A stretch of 64,000 nucleotides of DNA from an uncultured Gemmatimonadales bacterium. GTDB taxonomy: Bacteria > Gemmatimonadota > Gemmatimonadetes > Gemmatimonadales > Gemmatimonadaceae. The notes under the pieces were generated by a model. That model was not told the origin of the DNA, searched no databases, and saw only the letters and a program-made list of their open reading frames with translations. Below, in pieces: positions 18,494 to 28,564 of this stretch (within the stretch, counting starts at the first letter, position 1; each line of letters begins with the position of its first letter). The stretch is from assembly GCA_963851265.1 (NCBI GenBank), contig CAWKNZ010000003.1:216014-280013 (forward strand), written 5' to 3'. The translations under genes were made by a program, and so were the position numbers.

Positions 18494-21400
18494 ATGGCCA
18501 CCCGCCTTCCGTCCGCCGCCTTCACCACCCGCGCGCTCGCCGTCGGAGCGCTCGCAGCCTCCGCCGCGGCCTCCGCCGCCGGCGCGCAGCCGGCCGAGCC
18601 CCTCGACTCGGCCTACACCGCGCAGATCCGCGCGCTGACGCCCACCGACCCGCACTGGAAGTTCTCCACCGAGTTGGTCGACCACCTGCCCGCATCGGCC
18701 GCGGTCCCGACCCCGCTCAAGTTCCTCGGCTACGTCCCGGGCACCGTCGGCCGGCTGAGCAAGGTGGCCGACATCAACCGGTACCTGCGCGCGGTCGCGG
18801 CGGCGTCGCCGCGGGTGAAGGTGTTCTCGTTAGGCACCAGCGAGGAGGGGCGCGAGATGCTCGCCGTCGCGGTCGCCGACGAGGCGACCATCGCCCGGCT
18901 CGACGACTACCGCGCGATGGCCGGGCGGCTCGCCGACCCGCGCGGGCTCGCGGACGCGGAGCGCGCGCGGCTGATCGCGCAGGCCAAGCCCATCTACTGG
19001 CTCACCGGCTCCATCCACTCCCCCGAGACGGGGAGCCCCGAGATGCTGATGGAGCTCGTGTACCGGCTCGCGGTGAGCGACGCGCCCAACGTGCGGCGCG
19101 TCCGCGACGGCGTGATCACGCTCGTCACCCCCGTGACCGAGACCGACGGGCGCGACCGCGCCGTCGACGCGTACGCGCTCGAGCGCCAGCTCAAGGTCGG
19201 GCGCGGCGGCGTGCCGCTCGTGTACTGGGGCAAGTACGTCGCGCACGACAACAACCGCGACGGGCTGGTGCTGAGCCTGAAGCTGTCACAGCACATCAAC
19301 GACGGCGGGCTGTACTGGCACCCGACCGTGCTGCACGACCTGCACGAGAGCGTGCCCTTCCTGTACGCGAGCACCGGCACCGGCCCGTACAACGACGAGT
19401 TCGACCCGGTGGTGGTCGACGAGTGGCACACGCTCGCCTACCAGGAGATCACGGAGCTCACCAAGCGCGGGCTGCCGGGCGTGTGGACGCACGGCTTCTA
19501 CGACGGGTGGGCGCCCAACTACATGTTCGGGATCGCGCAGTTCCACAACGCGATCGGGCGCTTCTACGAGACGTACACGTCGTCGGGCGCCGACTGCCAC
19601 GTCGTGAACCTCCCCGCCGCGCAGGTCTCGCGCGAGTGGGACCGGCCGAGCCCGCCGGTGAACGGGGTCAAGTGGTGCATCCGGAGCAACATCAACTACC
19701 AGGAGTCGGGCGTGCTGGTCGCGCTCGACTACGTGGCGCGCAACAAGGAGACGTTCCTCGAGAACTTCGCGCTCAAGGCGCGGCGCATGGTCGACCGCGG
19801 GCGGACCTCGGCGCCCTACGCGTTCGTCATCCCGCGCGGGCAGCGGCGCGCGGCGGAGGCGGCGGACCTCGTCAACTACTTCCGCCGCACCGGGAGCGAG
19901 GTGCAGGTCGCGACCGGCGACTTCACCGTCGGGACGATGCCCGCGGTGGTCGAACGCGCCGCGCCGGCGAACCCGAACAGCGCGGGCGGCACGGGGCGGC
20001 GCGGAAGCGAGACGCTCGCGCGCGGCGCCGACGCCGACACGACGCACCGCGCCCGGCGCGACAGCGCCGGCGCGGCGTCCACCGTTCAGGTCCACGCCGG
20101 CGACTGGGTCGTGCGCATGGACCAGCCCTACACGGCACTCGTCCGCACCGTGCTCGCCGTGCAGCGCTACCGCCCCGACGACCCGTCGCCCTACGACGAC
20201 ACCGGGTGGTCGCTCGACAAGCTCCGGCACGTGACCGTCCACACGGTCAACGACTCGTCGGTGCTGACCCGCCCCATGCAGCGCCTGACCGTCGAGGCGC
20301 GCGTGGCCGGCGCGGTCGCGGGCGCCGGGCCCACGCTCGCCGTCGCGCCGTTAGGCGACTGGCGGTCGGCGACGCTTCCCTGGCAGGTCGCCGGCGCGCG
20401 CGTGACGGTGGCCGACACCGCCTTCGCCGCCGGCGGCGCGAGCTTCCCGGCCGGCACGGCGCTCCTCGCCAACACGCCCGCCACGCGCGCCGCGGTCGAG
20501 CGGTTGGGGCTCGCCGCGACGGCGCTCGCCGCCGCGCCGGCCGTGCGCGCGCACGCCGTCGCGCTGCCGCGCATCGCCTTCGTGCACACCTGGCTCGAGA
20601 CGCAGAACGAGGGCTGGCTGCGCCACGCACTCGACGAGATGGGCGTGCCGTTCACCTACGTCTCGACGCAGCGCCTGCGCGACCCGCGCTTCCTCGACCG
20701 CTTCGACGTGGTGCTCTTCCCGCACGCGAACGGCACGTCCGCGCAGCTCGTCAACGGCCGCCCGATGGTCGGGCCGCCGATCCCGTGGCGGCGCTCCGCG
20801 ATCACGCCGAGTTTCGCGGGCACCCCCGACTCCACCGACGACCTGCGCCCGGGGATGGGCTACGAGGGCGTGGCCGCACTCCACCACTTCGTCGAGCGCG
20901 GGGGCCTGCTGGTGACCGAAGGGAACTCGGTCCGCCTTCCGGTCGACATGGGCTTCAACCCGACGGTGAGCGTGGTCGCCACGCCGCGGCTCGTCGCGCA
21001 CGGCGCGGTCTACCGCGCGCAGGCGGTCGAGCGCACGCACCCGGTGCTCTACGGCTACGAGGCCGGCTCCATGCCCGTGTACTTCAACCAGGCGCCGGTG
21101 TTGGCGGTGCAGGCCAACGAGAACGCGGCGGCCGACGCGCGCACCCGCGCGGTGATGCAGAACGTGGCCGACACGGCCATCACCGGCGCGACCGAGCGCC
21201 AGCGCGCGCGCGTGGTGCTGCGGTTCGACCCGAACGCCGATTCGCTGCTCGTGTCGGGACAGCTGGAAAACGGTGGAGAGCTGGCGGGCAAGGCGGCGGT
21301 GGTCGACGCGCCGTTGGGCCGCGGGCACGTGATCCTCTTCGGCATCCGCCCGATGTGGCGCTACGAGACGCAGGGGAGCTACGCGATGGTGCTCAACGCG

Positions 21401-21505
21401 CTCGCCAACTGGAACGCGCTCGACGTCAATCGCGACCGCTCCCCCGCGCCGGTGGCAGCGGCCGCCGCCCGCGCGACCGAGCCCGGGGAGGGGCGCGAGC
21501 ACTGA
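18494..21505 (+). CDS. Secreted M14-family zinc carboxypeptidase-like protein
   Basis: Signal peptide; IHSPE, DNNRD, DLHE zinc and substrate motifs; C-terminal GATase-like region. Confidence 0.82.
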   Translation: MATRLPSAAFTTRALAVGALAASAAASAAGAQPAEPLDSAYTAQIRALTPTDPHWKFSTELVDHLPASAAVPTPLKFLGYVPGTVGRLSKVADINRYLRAVAAASPRVKVFSLGTSEEGREMLAVAVADEATIARLDDYRAMAGRLADPRGLADAERARLIAQAKPIYWLTGSIHSPETGSPEMLMELVYRLAVSDAPNVRRVRDGVITLVTPVTETDGRDRAVDAYALERQLKVGRGGVPLVYWGKYVAHDNNRDGLVLSLKLSQHINDGGLYWHPTVLHDLHESVPFLYASTGTGPYNDEFDPVVVDEWHTLAYQEITELTKRGLPGVWTHGFYDGWAPNYMFGIAQFHNAIGRFYETYTSSGADCHVVNLPAAQVSREWDRPSPPVNGVKWCIRSNINYQESGVLVALDYVARNKETFLENFALKARRMVDRGRTSAPYAFVIPRGQRRAAEAADLVNYFRRTGSEVQVATGDFTVGTMPAVVERAAPANPNSAGGTGRRGSETLARGADADTTHRARRDSAGAASTVQVHAGDWVVRMDQPYTALVRTVLAVQRYRPDDPSPYDDTGWSLDKLRHVTVHTVNDSSVLTRPMQRLTVEARVAGAVAGAGPTLAVAPLGDWRSATLPWQVAGARVTVADTAFAAGGASFPAGTALLANTPATRAAVERLGLAATALAAAPAVRAHAVALPRIAFVHTWLETQNEGWLRHALDEMGVPFTYVSTQRLRDPRFLDRFDVVLFPHANGTSAQLVNGRPMVGPPIPWRRSAITPSFAGTPDSTDDLRPGMGYEGVAALHHFVERGGLLVTEGNSVRLPVDMGFNPTVSVVATPRLVAHGAVYRAQAVERTHPVLYGYEAGSMPVYFNQAPVLAVQANENAAADARTRAVMQNVADTAITGATERQRARVVLRFDPNADSLLVSGQLENGGELAGKAAVVDAPLGRGHVILFGIRPMWRYETQGSYAMVLNALANWNALDVNRDRSPAPVAAAAARATEPGEGREH

Positions 21506-21581
21506 GACGGGCGCGCGGGGTATCAGAAGCCAGTGCTACCTCGCGCCCCGCGTACGTCTCGTACCCGCACACCCAGCTCTC

Positions 21582-22106
21582 ATGACGACCGCCTTCACCC
21601 CGCCCGACGCCGCCACCGGCGCGCGCTCCGCGTCGGGCTTCGACCTCACCCCGCCGGACGCCACCGAACGCCGCGCCCTCGCGGCCGACCTGACGGACGA
21701 GGAGCGGCACGTGCTGCTCTCGCACGGCACGGAGGCGCCGTTCTGCGGCGTCTTCAACGCGCACAAGGAGGCGGGCACGTACACCTGCCGCCAGTGCGGG
21801 CTGCCGCTCTTCCGCTCCGACGCGAAGTTCGAGTCGGGCACGGGGTGGCCGAGCTTCTTCACGCCGCTCGACGCGCGGCACGTCGCGTTCGTGCGCGACA
21901 CGAGCTTCGGCATGACGCGCGTCGAGATCTGCTGCGCCCGCTGCGACGGGCACCTCGGCCACGTCTTCCCCGATGGACCGCCGCCCACGGGCGAGCGCTA
22001 CTGCCTCAACTCGGTGTCGCTCGCCTTCACCGAGGACGGCACGCCGCTTCCGGACCTCCTGCACCGCGGCTCGCCCGAGGGCGTCCCGCTCGCGCACGGA
22101 CGGTAG
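21582..22106 (+). CDS. msrB: Peptide-methionine (R)-S-oxide reductase
   Basis: GTEAPF, CRQC, KFESGTGWPSF, HLGHVFPDGP, RYCLNS. Confidence 0.95.
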   Translation: MTTAFTPPDAATGARSASGFDLTPPDATERRALAADLTDEERHVLLSHGTEAPFCGVFNAHKEAGTYTCRQCGLPLFRSDAKFESGTGWPSFFTPLDARHVAFVRDTSFGMTRVEICCARCDGHLGHVFPDGPPPTGERYCLNSVSLAFTEDGTPLPDLLHRGSPEGVPLAHGR

Positions 22107-22112
22107 CGGCTG

Positions 22113-22140
22113 CGGACCGCGCCGTCGCCGGCGCGGTCCG
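22113..22140. terminator. 12-bp hairpin between convergent msrB and VOC genes
   Basis: CGGACCGCGCCG-tcgc-CGGCGCGGTCCG perfect stem. Confidence 0.55.
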
Positions 22141-22147
22141 TTGGGCG

Positions 22148-22555
22148 CTACTGGGGCGGCTCCCAGAGCTCGAACCGCGTGCCCTCCGGGTCGGCCGCCC
22201 ACCCGAAGCGCCCGTATGACTCCGCCTGCACCTCGTCGGAAACCCACACGCCCGCCGCGCGCAGCTGGGCGAGCATCGCGTCGAGGTCGGTCACGCGGTA
22301 GTTGACCATCCAGCCCGCGGGGCCCGCGCCGAAGTAGCCCGTGTCCGCGGGGAAGGTCGACCACACGGTGAGGAGCGGATCGTCGCTGGCTTCCTTGCCG
22401 CCCGGCCCGGCGCCGAACATGGCGTACGTCCCGCCCCCCTCGACGGGCACGCCCAGGTGCTCGCGGTACCAGGCCGCGAGCGCGGCGGGGTCGCGCGCCT
22501 TGAAGAACACGCCGCCGATACCCGTCACGCGGGCCCGTGCGCCGTCCGTGGTCAT
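22148..22555 (-). CDS. VOC/glyoxalase family protein
   Basis: VTGIGGVFFK, MVNYRV.DLD, YGRFGW..DPEG..FELWEP. Confidence 0.9.
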   Translation of the reverse strand: MTTDGARARVTGIGGVFFKARDPAALAAWYREHLGVPVEGGGTYAMFGAGPGGKEASDDPLLTVWSTFPADTGYFGAGPAGWMVNYRVTDLDAMLAQLRAAGVWVSDEVQAESYGRFGWAADPEGTRFELWEPPQ

Positions 22556-22732
22556 CGAAAACACTCCGGGGCAAATGGGAACAAGCGTCGGCGCGCCGTA
22601 TACTGCCGCGCGCGCGCCGGAGCGCTACTCCCGGGGCGCGGCGAACGCCGGCCGCGAGGGTGAGCGTGGTCGCGCGGAAGTCGCCCTGCCGCCGTCCCGA
22701 TGCGGCACGGGCCCTGCCCGGGACGTCGCGCC

Positions 22733-23932
22733 ATGGCCCGCCTCCCAGTGCTCGAGTCAGACGCCGAGACGCTCGACCTGTTCGATCCCCCGCCGGCGGC
22801 GCCACTCCCCGCCGCGGCGGACGCCCCGGAGAGCGCGGCCGAGGCGCTCGCCGCGCCGGCGGGCGGATCGCCGACGGGGCGCCTGCTCCGCGTCGGCCGC
22901 ATCTACCTCGAGCCCGGGGTGGCCGCCTACCCGCGCGGCCGCGAGATCCTCGCCCGCTTCCCCGACGCGGAGCGCGTCGAGGTGCCGTCGCACTGGAACA
23001 TCCCGGGGCTGCACGGCAACGAGGGGCTCGTGAAGGACTGGACGCGGGTGAAGCGCGACACGCTCGTGTTGGGCGTTCGCAAGTCGCTCTCGTGCCGGCC
23101 TAACGGGCGGAGCGCGGACTACATCGCGCCCGGACTGTCCAACGGCTGCGCCATGGCCTGCGCGTACTGCTACGTCCCGCGCCGCAAGGGCCACGCGAAC
23201 CCGATCACCACGTTCGTGAACGCCGACGAGGTGCTCGGCTTCCTGGAGCGCCACGCGCGCCGGCTCGGCCCCAAGCGCGAGCCCAACCAGGTGGACCCCG
23301 AGGCGTGGGTGTACGACGTCGGCGAGAACGGCGACTGCTCGGTCGACGCGCTCGTGAGCGACAACGTCCGCGACACCGTCGCGCGCTTCGGCGCCCTGCC
23401 CAACGTGAAGGCGAGCTTCGCCACGAAGTACGTGAACCCCGCCCTGCTCGACTACGACCCGCGCGGGCGGACGCGCGTGCGCTTCTCGCTCATGCCGCCC
23501 CGCGTGGCGCGCGTGCTCGACGTGCGCACGTCGCCCGTCCCGCGGCGGCTGGCCGCGGCGTCGGACTTCGTGGCCGCCGGGTACGAGGTGCACCTCAACT
23601 TCTCGCCGGTGGTCGTCTACGACGGGTGGCTCGACGACTGGCGGGCGCTGCTGCGAGACGTCGACGACGCACTGTCGCCCGCGGCCAAGGCGCAGCTCGC
23701 GTGCGAGGTCATCTTCCTCACGCACAACGAGGCGCTGCACCTGGTGAATCTCGGCTGGCACCCGGCCGCGGAGGCGCTGCTCTGGACGCCCGACAACCAG
23801 GAGGCCAAGGAGAGCGAGCAGGGGCAGCGCAACGTGCGGTACCGGACCGGGACGAAGGGGCGCTACGTCCGGGCGTTGGGCGAGCTGTTAGGCACGGAGC
23901 TGCCGTACTGCCGCGTGCGGTACGCGTTCTAG
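22733..23932 (+). CDS. Second spore photoproduct lyase family radical SAM protein
   Basis: SHWNIPGLHG, NGCAMACAYCYV, YDVGENGDC, C-terminal CRVRYAF. Confidence 0.85.
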   Translation: MARLPVLESDAETLDLFDPPPAAPLPAAADAPESAAEALAAPAGGSPTGRLLRVGRIYLEPGVAAYPRGREILARFPDAERVEVPSHWNIPGLHGNEGLVKDWTRVKRDTLVLGVRKSLSCRPNGRSADYIAPGLSNGCAMACAYCYVPRRKGHANPITTFVNADEVLGFLERHARRLGPKREPNQVDPEAWVYDVGENGDCSVDALVSDNVRDTVARFGALPNVKASFATKYVNPALLDYDPRGRTRVRFSLMPPRVARVLDVRTSPVPRRLAAASDFVAAGYEVHLNFSPVVVYDGWLDDWRALLRDVDDALSPAAKAQLACEVIFLTHNEALHLVNLGWHPAAEALLWTPDNQEAKESEQGQRNVRYRTGTKGRYVRALGELLGTELPYCRVRYAF

Positions 23933-23970
23933 GCGCGTGGCGCGGGCCGGCGGGCCGCGGTCGAGGAACG

Positions 23971-24696
23971 TCAAGGCGCGTGGTGGCGCCGCGCGAGGCG
24001 GGCGAGCCAGTGGCGCGTCGTGAAGCTCGCCGCGGTGCCGACGATCGCGCCCGCGACGACGTCGCTCGCCCAGTGCGCGTCGTCGTGCACGCGCGACCAC
24101 CCGACGAGCGCCGCGGTGCCGTACGCGACCGCGCCGACCCACGGGCGGTGCGTCTCGTCGGCGATGCCGGCCGCGAGGGCGAACGCGTGCGTCGCGTGTC
24201 CCGATGCGAACGAGTGCTCGCGGTCGGTGCCCGCGAACGGGCGGAAGTGATACGCGCCGTCGCCGGCGTATGGTCGCGCCCTCCCGACGAGGGGCTTGAG
24301 CACCGACGTCACCGCGTCGGCCGCGACGTAGCCCGCGGCGACGCGGAGCGTCGCGCGCGCCCACGCGGGTTGCCGGCTCAACTCCGCGGCGGCGAAGCTG
24401 CCGCCGAGTCCGATGAGCGCGGTGCGGGCGAGGCCGAGCGGCTCGACGGCGCGCGCGGTCGCCTGCACGACGGGCGCGCCCGGGCGATGCAGTTCACGGC
24501 GGAGCCAGCCGTCCGTCGCGGCCGTGCCGGCGAGCGCCGCTCCCGCGGCCGCCCAGAACGCGCGGTCGGCCGGCTGCAGCTGGGCGAGGGCGCGCGCGGG
24601 GGCGAACGCGGGAGCGAGTGCGACGCCCGCGGCGAGTGCGAGGGTGCGCGTCGTGGGCGCGCCGCGCGGGCGCGGCGGGGCGGGGATGGGGCGCAT
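23971..24696 (-). CDS. PAP2-family phosphatase
   Basis: KPLVGRARP, SFASGH, SRVHDDAHWASDV. Confidence 0.88.
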   Translation of the reverse strand: MRPIPAPPRPRGAPTTRTLALAAGVALAPAFAPARALAQLQPADRAFWAAAGAALAGTAATDGWLRRELHRPGAPVVQATARAVEPLGLARTALIGLGGSFAAAELSRQPAWARATLRVAAGYVAADAVTSVLKPLVGRARPYAGDGAYHFRPFAGTDREHSFASGHATHAFALAAGIADETHRPWVGAVAYGTAALVGWSRVHDDAHWASDVVAGAIVGTAASFTTRHWLARLARRHHAP

Positions 24697-24751
24697 TGCG
24701 GACGTCCTGTCGTGGTCCTGCGGTGGACCGGTCTCGCGTAAGTTAGGCCGG

Positions 24752-26014
24752 GTGGACAACATCACCCATTCGCTCGCCGGGCTGCTGCTCGCCGAATCGG
24801 CGTGGCGGGCGCGGCGGGTGTGGGACCGCGAGGCGCCGGGTGCCGCATACCGGCCGACGGCGGCGATCGCGGCCGTGGTCGCCGCCAACCTGCCCGACGT
24901 GGACGTGCTATACGGCGCGGCCCGCCGGCTCGACCCGCTGGCATCGCTGCTCCAGCACCGGGGTTACACGCACACGCTGCTCGCCGCGGCCGCGGGAGCG
25001 GTCGTGACGTGGGGGGTGGCCGTCGCCGCGGCGCGAACCGCGACGCGCGCGGACCGGTGGTGGCTGCTGGCGCTGATCGTCGTCGCGGTGCTGAGCCACC
25101 TCGCGCTCGACTGGACCAACGACTACGGCGTGCACCCGTTCTCGCCGTTCGACAACACCTGGCACTACGGCGACTCGGTATTCATCGTCGAGCCGTGGCT
25201 GTGGGTGGCCGCGGTGCCGCCGCTGCTGTTCGCCGCGCGGCGCCCGGGCGCCCGCGTCGCCCTCGGCCTCGTGCTCGGCGCCGCACTCGCGCTCGCGTGG
25301 GGGGTGTCGCTCGTGCCCCGGCCCGCCGCGCTGGCGCTCACCGTGGGCGCTGCCCTCGCCGTGGCCGCGTGCGCCCGGCTCGGGGGCGGCGCGCGCGCCG
25401 CGCTCGGCGTCGCGGGCTGGCTCGCCGCCGAGCTGGCGTTCGGGGCGGGCGCGCGCGCGGCGCGGGCGCAGGTGGTCGCCGCGGCGGCGTTAGGCGGCGG
25501 GCCGGGCGGCGCGCGCGTGGTCGACGTCGTGATCACGCCCGCGCCCGCCGACCCGCTCTGCGCCCGCGCGATCGCGGTCGAGACGGCCGGCCCGGCGGGC
25601 GCGGCGACCTACCGCGTGACCACCGCGTGGGCCGCCGCGCTGCCCGGCCTCGTGCCGGCCGCGCGCTGCGCTCCCCCGCCCGGGGGGCTGGCCGGAGCGC
25701 CGAGCCTGCCGATGCGCGTCCCGACCCGGGCGTCGACGCCCGGTGTGCGGTGGGAGCGCACGTGGGCCGCGCCGCTCGCCGAGCTCGTCGCGCTCGGCCG
25801 CGACAACTGTTGGGCGGCGGCGGTGCTGCGCTTCGCGCGCGTGCCGGCGTGGGCGCCCGACGGGCCCGACGCCCTCACGCTCGAGGACCTGCGCTACGAC
25901 CGCGGCGGCGGGGCCGGATTCGCGGGGTTCCGCATCCCGGCGCACCCGACCTCGTGCCCCGCGGGCGTGCCGCCGTGGCGGCCGCCGCGCGCGGACGTGC
26001 TGGGCGCGCGATAG
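24752..26014 (+). CDS. YdjM-like inner-membrane metal-dependent hydrolase
   Basis: MDNITH, NLPDVD, HRGYTH, SHLALD..NDYG motifs. Confidence 0.85.
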   Translation: MDNITHSLAGLLLAESAWRARRVWDREAPGAAYRPTAAIAAVVAANLPDVDVLYGAARRLDPLASLLQHRGYTHTLLAAAAGAVVTWGVAVAAARTATRADRWWLLALIVVAVLSHLALDWTNDYGVHPFSPFDNTWHYGDSVFIVEPWLWVAAVPPLLFAARRPGARVALGLVLGAALALAWGVSLVPRPAALALTVGAALAVAACARLGGGARAALGVAGWLAAELAFGAGARAARAQVVAAAALGGGPGGARVVDVVITPAPADPLCARAIAVETAGPAGAATYRVTTAWAAALPGLVPAARCAPPPGGLAGAPSLPMRVPTRASTPGVRWERTWAAPLAELVALGRDNCWAAAVLRFARVPAWAPDGPDALTLEDLRYDRGGGAGFAGFRIPAHPTSCPAGVPPWRPPRADVLGAR

Positions 26015-26021
26015 CCCGCCG

Positions 26022-26672
26022 TCAGGCGACCGCGCCGCCCGCCCCGCGCCGCACGACCCACGTCATCATCGTGCGGCGCCCGTGCACGACGGTGCTCTTG
26101 ATGGGGTCGAGCAGTTCGCCGCCTAACGAGTCCGTCGCGGCGCGCAGCGTCGCCTCGTCGGCCAGGAACCACTCGGCGCCGTCGGGGAGGAGGTAGCGGC
26201 CGCGGCCGAGCGGGTGCACGTGGTTGTCGAGCCCCGTGCGGCCGGCGAGACGGCAGAAGAGCAGGCCGCCGGGGCGGAGCACGCGCCACGTGCCGCGCAG
26301 CATCGCCTCGAAGTGCGCGGCGTCGCGCGCGAAGTGCAGCACCGCGCTGCTGACGACGACGTCCGCGATGGCGTCGGGGAAGGTCATCGCCTCCACGGGC
26401 TCCGCGCGGAACGCGTCGACCGGCGTGTCCGCGGCGGCGGGGGCGAGCTCCGAGGCGAGGCGTCGCACGTCCGCGATCGCGGCGGGGTCGGCGTCGGCGC
26501 CGAGCACGCGGTAGCCCTCACGGAGGAAGTAGACGAGGTTGCGGCCGCTGCCGCAGCCCGCCTCGAGGATCGTGCTGCCCGGCGGGATGTTGCCGCGCAG
26601 GAGCTGGTCGAACAGATAGACGTCGATCGCGCCGAAGGCGGCGCGCAGATCGGCCACGGGCTCGGGCTCCAC
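26022..26672 (-). CDS. Class I SAM-dependent methyltransferase
   Basis: EAGCGSGRN, AVLHFA, LRPGG. Confidence 0.88.
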   Translation of the reverse strand: MEPEPVADLRAAFGAIDVYLFDQLLRGNIPPGSTILEAGCGSGRNLVYFLREGYRVLGADADPAAIADVRRLASELAPAAADTPVDAFRAEPVEAMTFPDAIADVVVSSAVLHFARDAAHFEAMLRGTWRVLRPGGLLFCRLAGRTGLDNHVHPLGRGRYLLPDGAEWFLADEATLRAATDSLGGELLDPIKSTVVHGRRTMMTWVVRRGAGGAVA

Positions 26673-26673
26673 G

Positions 26674-27657
26674 TCAGGCCACCCGGCGGTCGGGCACCAG
26701 CACGACCTTCCCCCGCGCGCCGCCCGCCACCCGCCCGTACGCCTCCGCCGCCTGCGACAGCGGGTACCGCTCCGTGAGCGGCAGCGGCCGCAGCGTGCCC
26801 TCGTCGAACAGCGGCGCGAGTTCGGCCAGGATGTGCGCGCCCCGCACTGCGTCGATCGCTCCCGTGTTGACGCCCAACAGCTGCAACCGCCGCCGGTAGA
26901 AGGCGAGCAGGTCGAGCGTCACCTCGCGCCCCGCCACCGCGGCGTAGACCGCCAGCCGCCCACCCTCGACCAGCGCGTCGAGCAGCGGCTGGAAGATGGC
27001 CCCCCCGACCCCGTTGAGGGCCACGTCCGCGCCGCGCCCGCCGGTCGCCTCGCGCACCACGTCGCCGAGGTCGTTCGCGTCGGAGTGCGCCACCGCGGCG
27101 ACCTTGCTCCGGTCGAGTCGCCCGTCCTCTTCCGCACCCCGCACGAGCGCGACCACGCGCGCGCCGCGCGCGGCCGCGATCTCGACCGCCGCGCGCCCGA
27201 CCGCGCCCGCCGCGCCCGACACGATCACCCACTCGCCTTCCGCGAGCCGGGCCGTGTCGACGAGCGCCGTCCACGCCGTCACGAACGGCACGCCCACCCC
27301 GGCCGCCTCCGCCGCCGACAGTCGCGCCGGACGGCGCGACACCGCACCGGCCGGCAGCACCACCTGCTCGGCGTGCGTGCCGTCGCGACTGATGCCGAGG
27401 TCGCCGCCCGATCCCCACACCGCAGCGCCGACCCACTCGGGCGGCCCCTCGATCACGCGCCCCGCGAAGTCGCGCCCGAGCACGCGCGGCAGGGGCGAGT
27501 GCGGGAAGCGGCCCTCCGCACTCACCACGTCGCTCGGGTTGACGCCCGCGGCCTCGATCTCGACGCGCACGTCGCCCGGACCGAGCGGAGGCGGAGCTAC
27601 GTCGCGCGGGGTGAGCGTGTCGACGGGGCCGTGGCGATCGATCTGCAGTGCCTGCAT
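26674..27657 (-). CDS. MDR-family quinone oxidoreductase-like protein
   Basis: AAGVNPSD, GRDFAG, SGAAGAVG, GKVVL. Confidence 0.88.
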   Translation of the reverse strand: MQALQIDRHGPVDTLTPRDVAPPPLGPGDVRVEIEAAGVNPSDVVSAEGRFPHSPLPRVLGRDFAGRVIEGPPEWVGAAVWGSGGDLGISRDGTHAEQVVLPAGAVSRRPARLSAAEAAGVGVPFVTAWTALVDTARLAEGEWVIVSGAAGAVGRAAVEIAAARGARVVALVRGAEEDGRLDRSKVAAVAHSDANDLGDVVREATGGRGADVALNGVGGAIFQPLLDALVEGGRLAVYAAVAGREVTLDLLAFYRRRLQLLGVNTGAIDAVRGAHILAELAPLFDEGTLRPLPLTERYPLSQAAEAYGRVAGGARGKVVLVPDRRVA

Positions 27658-27761
27658 CGTCGGAGCGAACTGGACGGAGAAGGTGGTCGGCCGCGGTGGC
27701 ACGCCGTGCGGCCGACTGACTCACGGCGCGACGAAGGATAAGCGGCCCGGGCGCGCCCGGT

Positions 27762-28564
27762 TCAGCCGCTCGCCACCACGCGACGCGGCGGGTACACCGC
27801 CACCGCCGAGCCCTCGGCGACGAACGCGCTCGCCGGCGCCGCCGCGAGCGCGCTTTCCCACGCCGCCCCGTACAGCCCGCGCACGTCGGCGTCGAACTCC
27901 GGGCGCTCCACGGCCCACGTTCGCCACGGCGGGTGCTCCACCTGATACTCGACCGTCCCGCCGTCGCGCTGGCGCGTGTACCCCCAGTAGTGCTCGGCGA
28001 CGAACGCCGTCTCGGAACCGGCGGACGGCGCCGTGGGCGCGCCCACCGCCGTCGCGGCCGCGCGCTGCCAGCGGCCGGCGGTGCGCCACTCGTACGCGAC
28101 CCGCCCGGGTGCGTCCGTCGGCCCCCGCGGCGCGACGCTGCGCATCGGCACCGCGCGGTACGGCTCGTTGTACCCGAGGCGCGCGACCACCGCGATCGCG
28201 GCCCGCGGCACGAGTTCGCGCACGAACGTCGCCGCGCGCCGCACCTCGCCGCCGGGCAGCTCGCGCCGCACGTAGAAGCGCAGGTTCACCTCGTCGAAGT
28301 CGCGGTGGAACGGGACCGGGACGCCTAACAGCCGCGTGCGAAGGAAGCGGAAGCCGACGATGCTCGCGATCGCGCGACCGCGGTAGAGGTCGAGCACCGT
28401 GCCGCGGGGCGCGAGCGGCGCGAGCAGCGCCGGGTCGACGTCGTAGTTGAGCATCAGCAGGTAGCGCCACTCCGCCCGCAGAAACGGAACGCGCGATCCC
28501 GCGCGCCGCGGCGCACCGACGGGCGGCGCAGGCCCCCGGCCGCCCCGCTCGTCGTTGGGCTCAC
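27762..28564 (-). CDS. DUF2071 (YqjF-like) protein; probable 1-nt frameshift near the 5' end
   Basis: FLRAEWRYLLMLNY, EVNLRFYV, EHYWGY, VEHPPW; the coupled GTG at 28564 is out of frame unless the G5 run (plus-strand C5, 28533-28537) has one more G. Confidence 0.8.
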
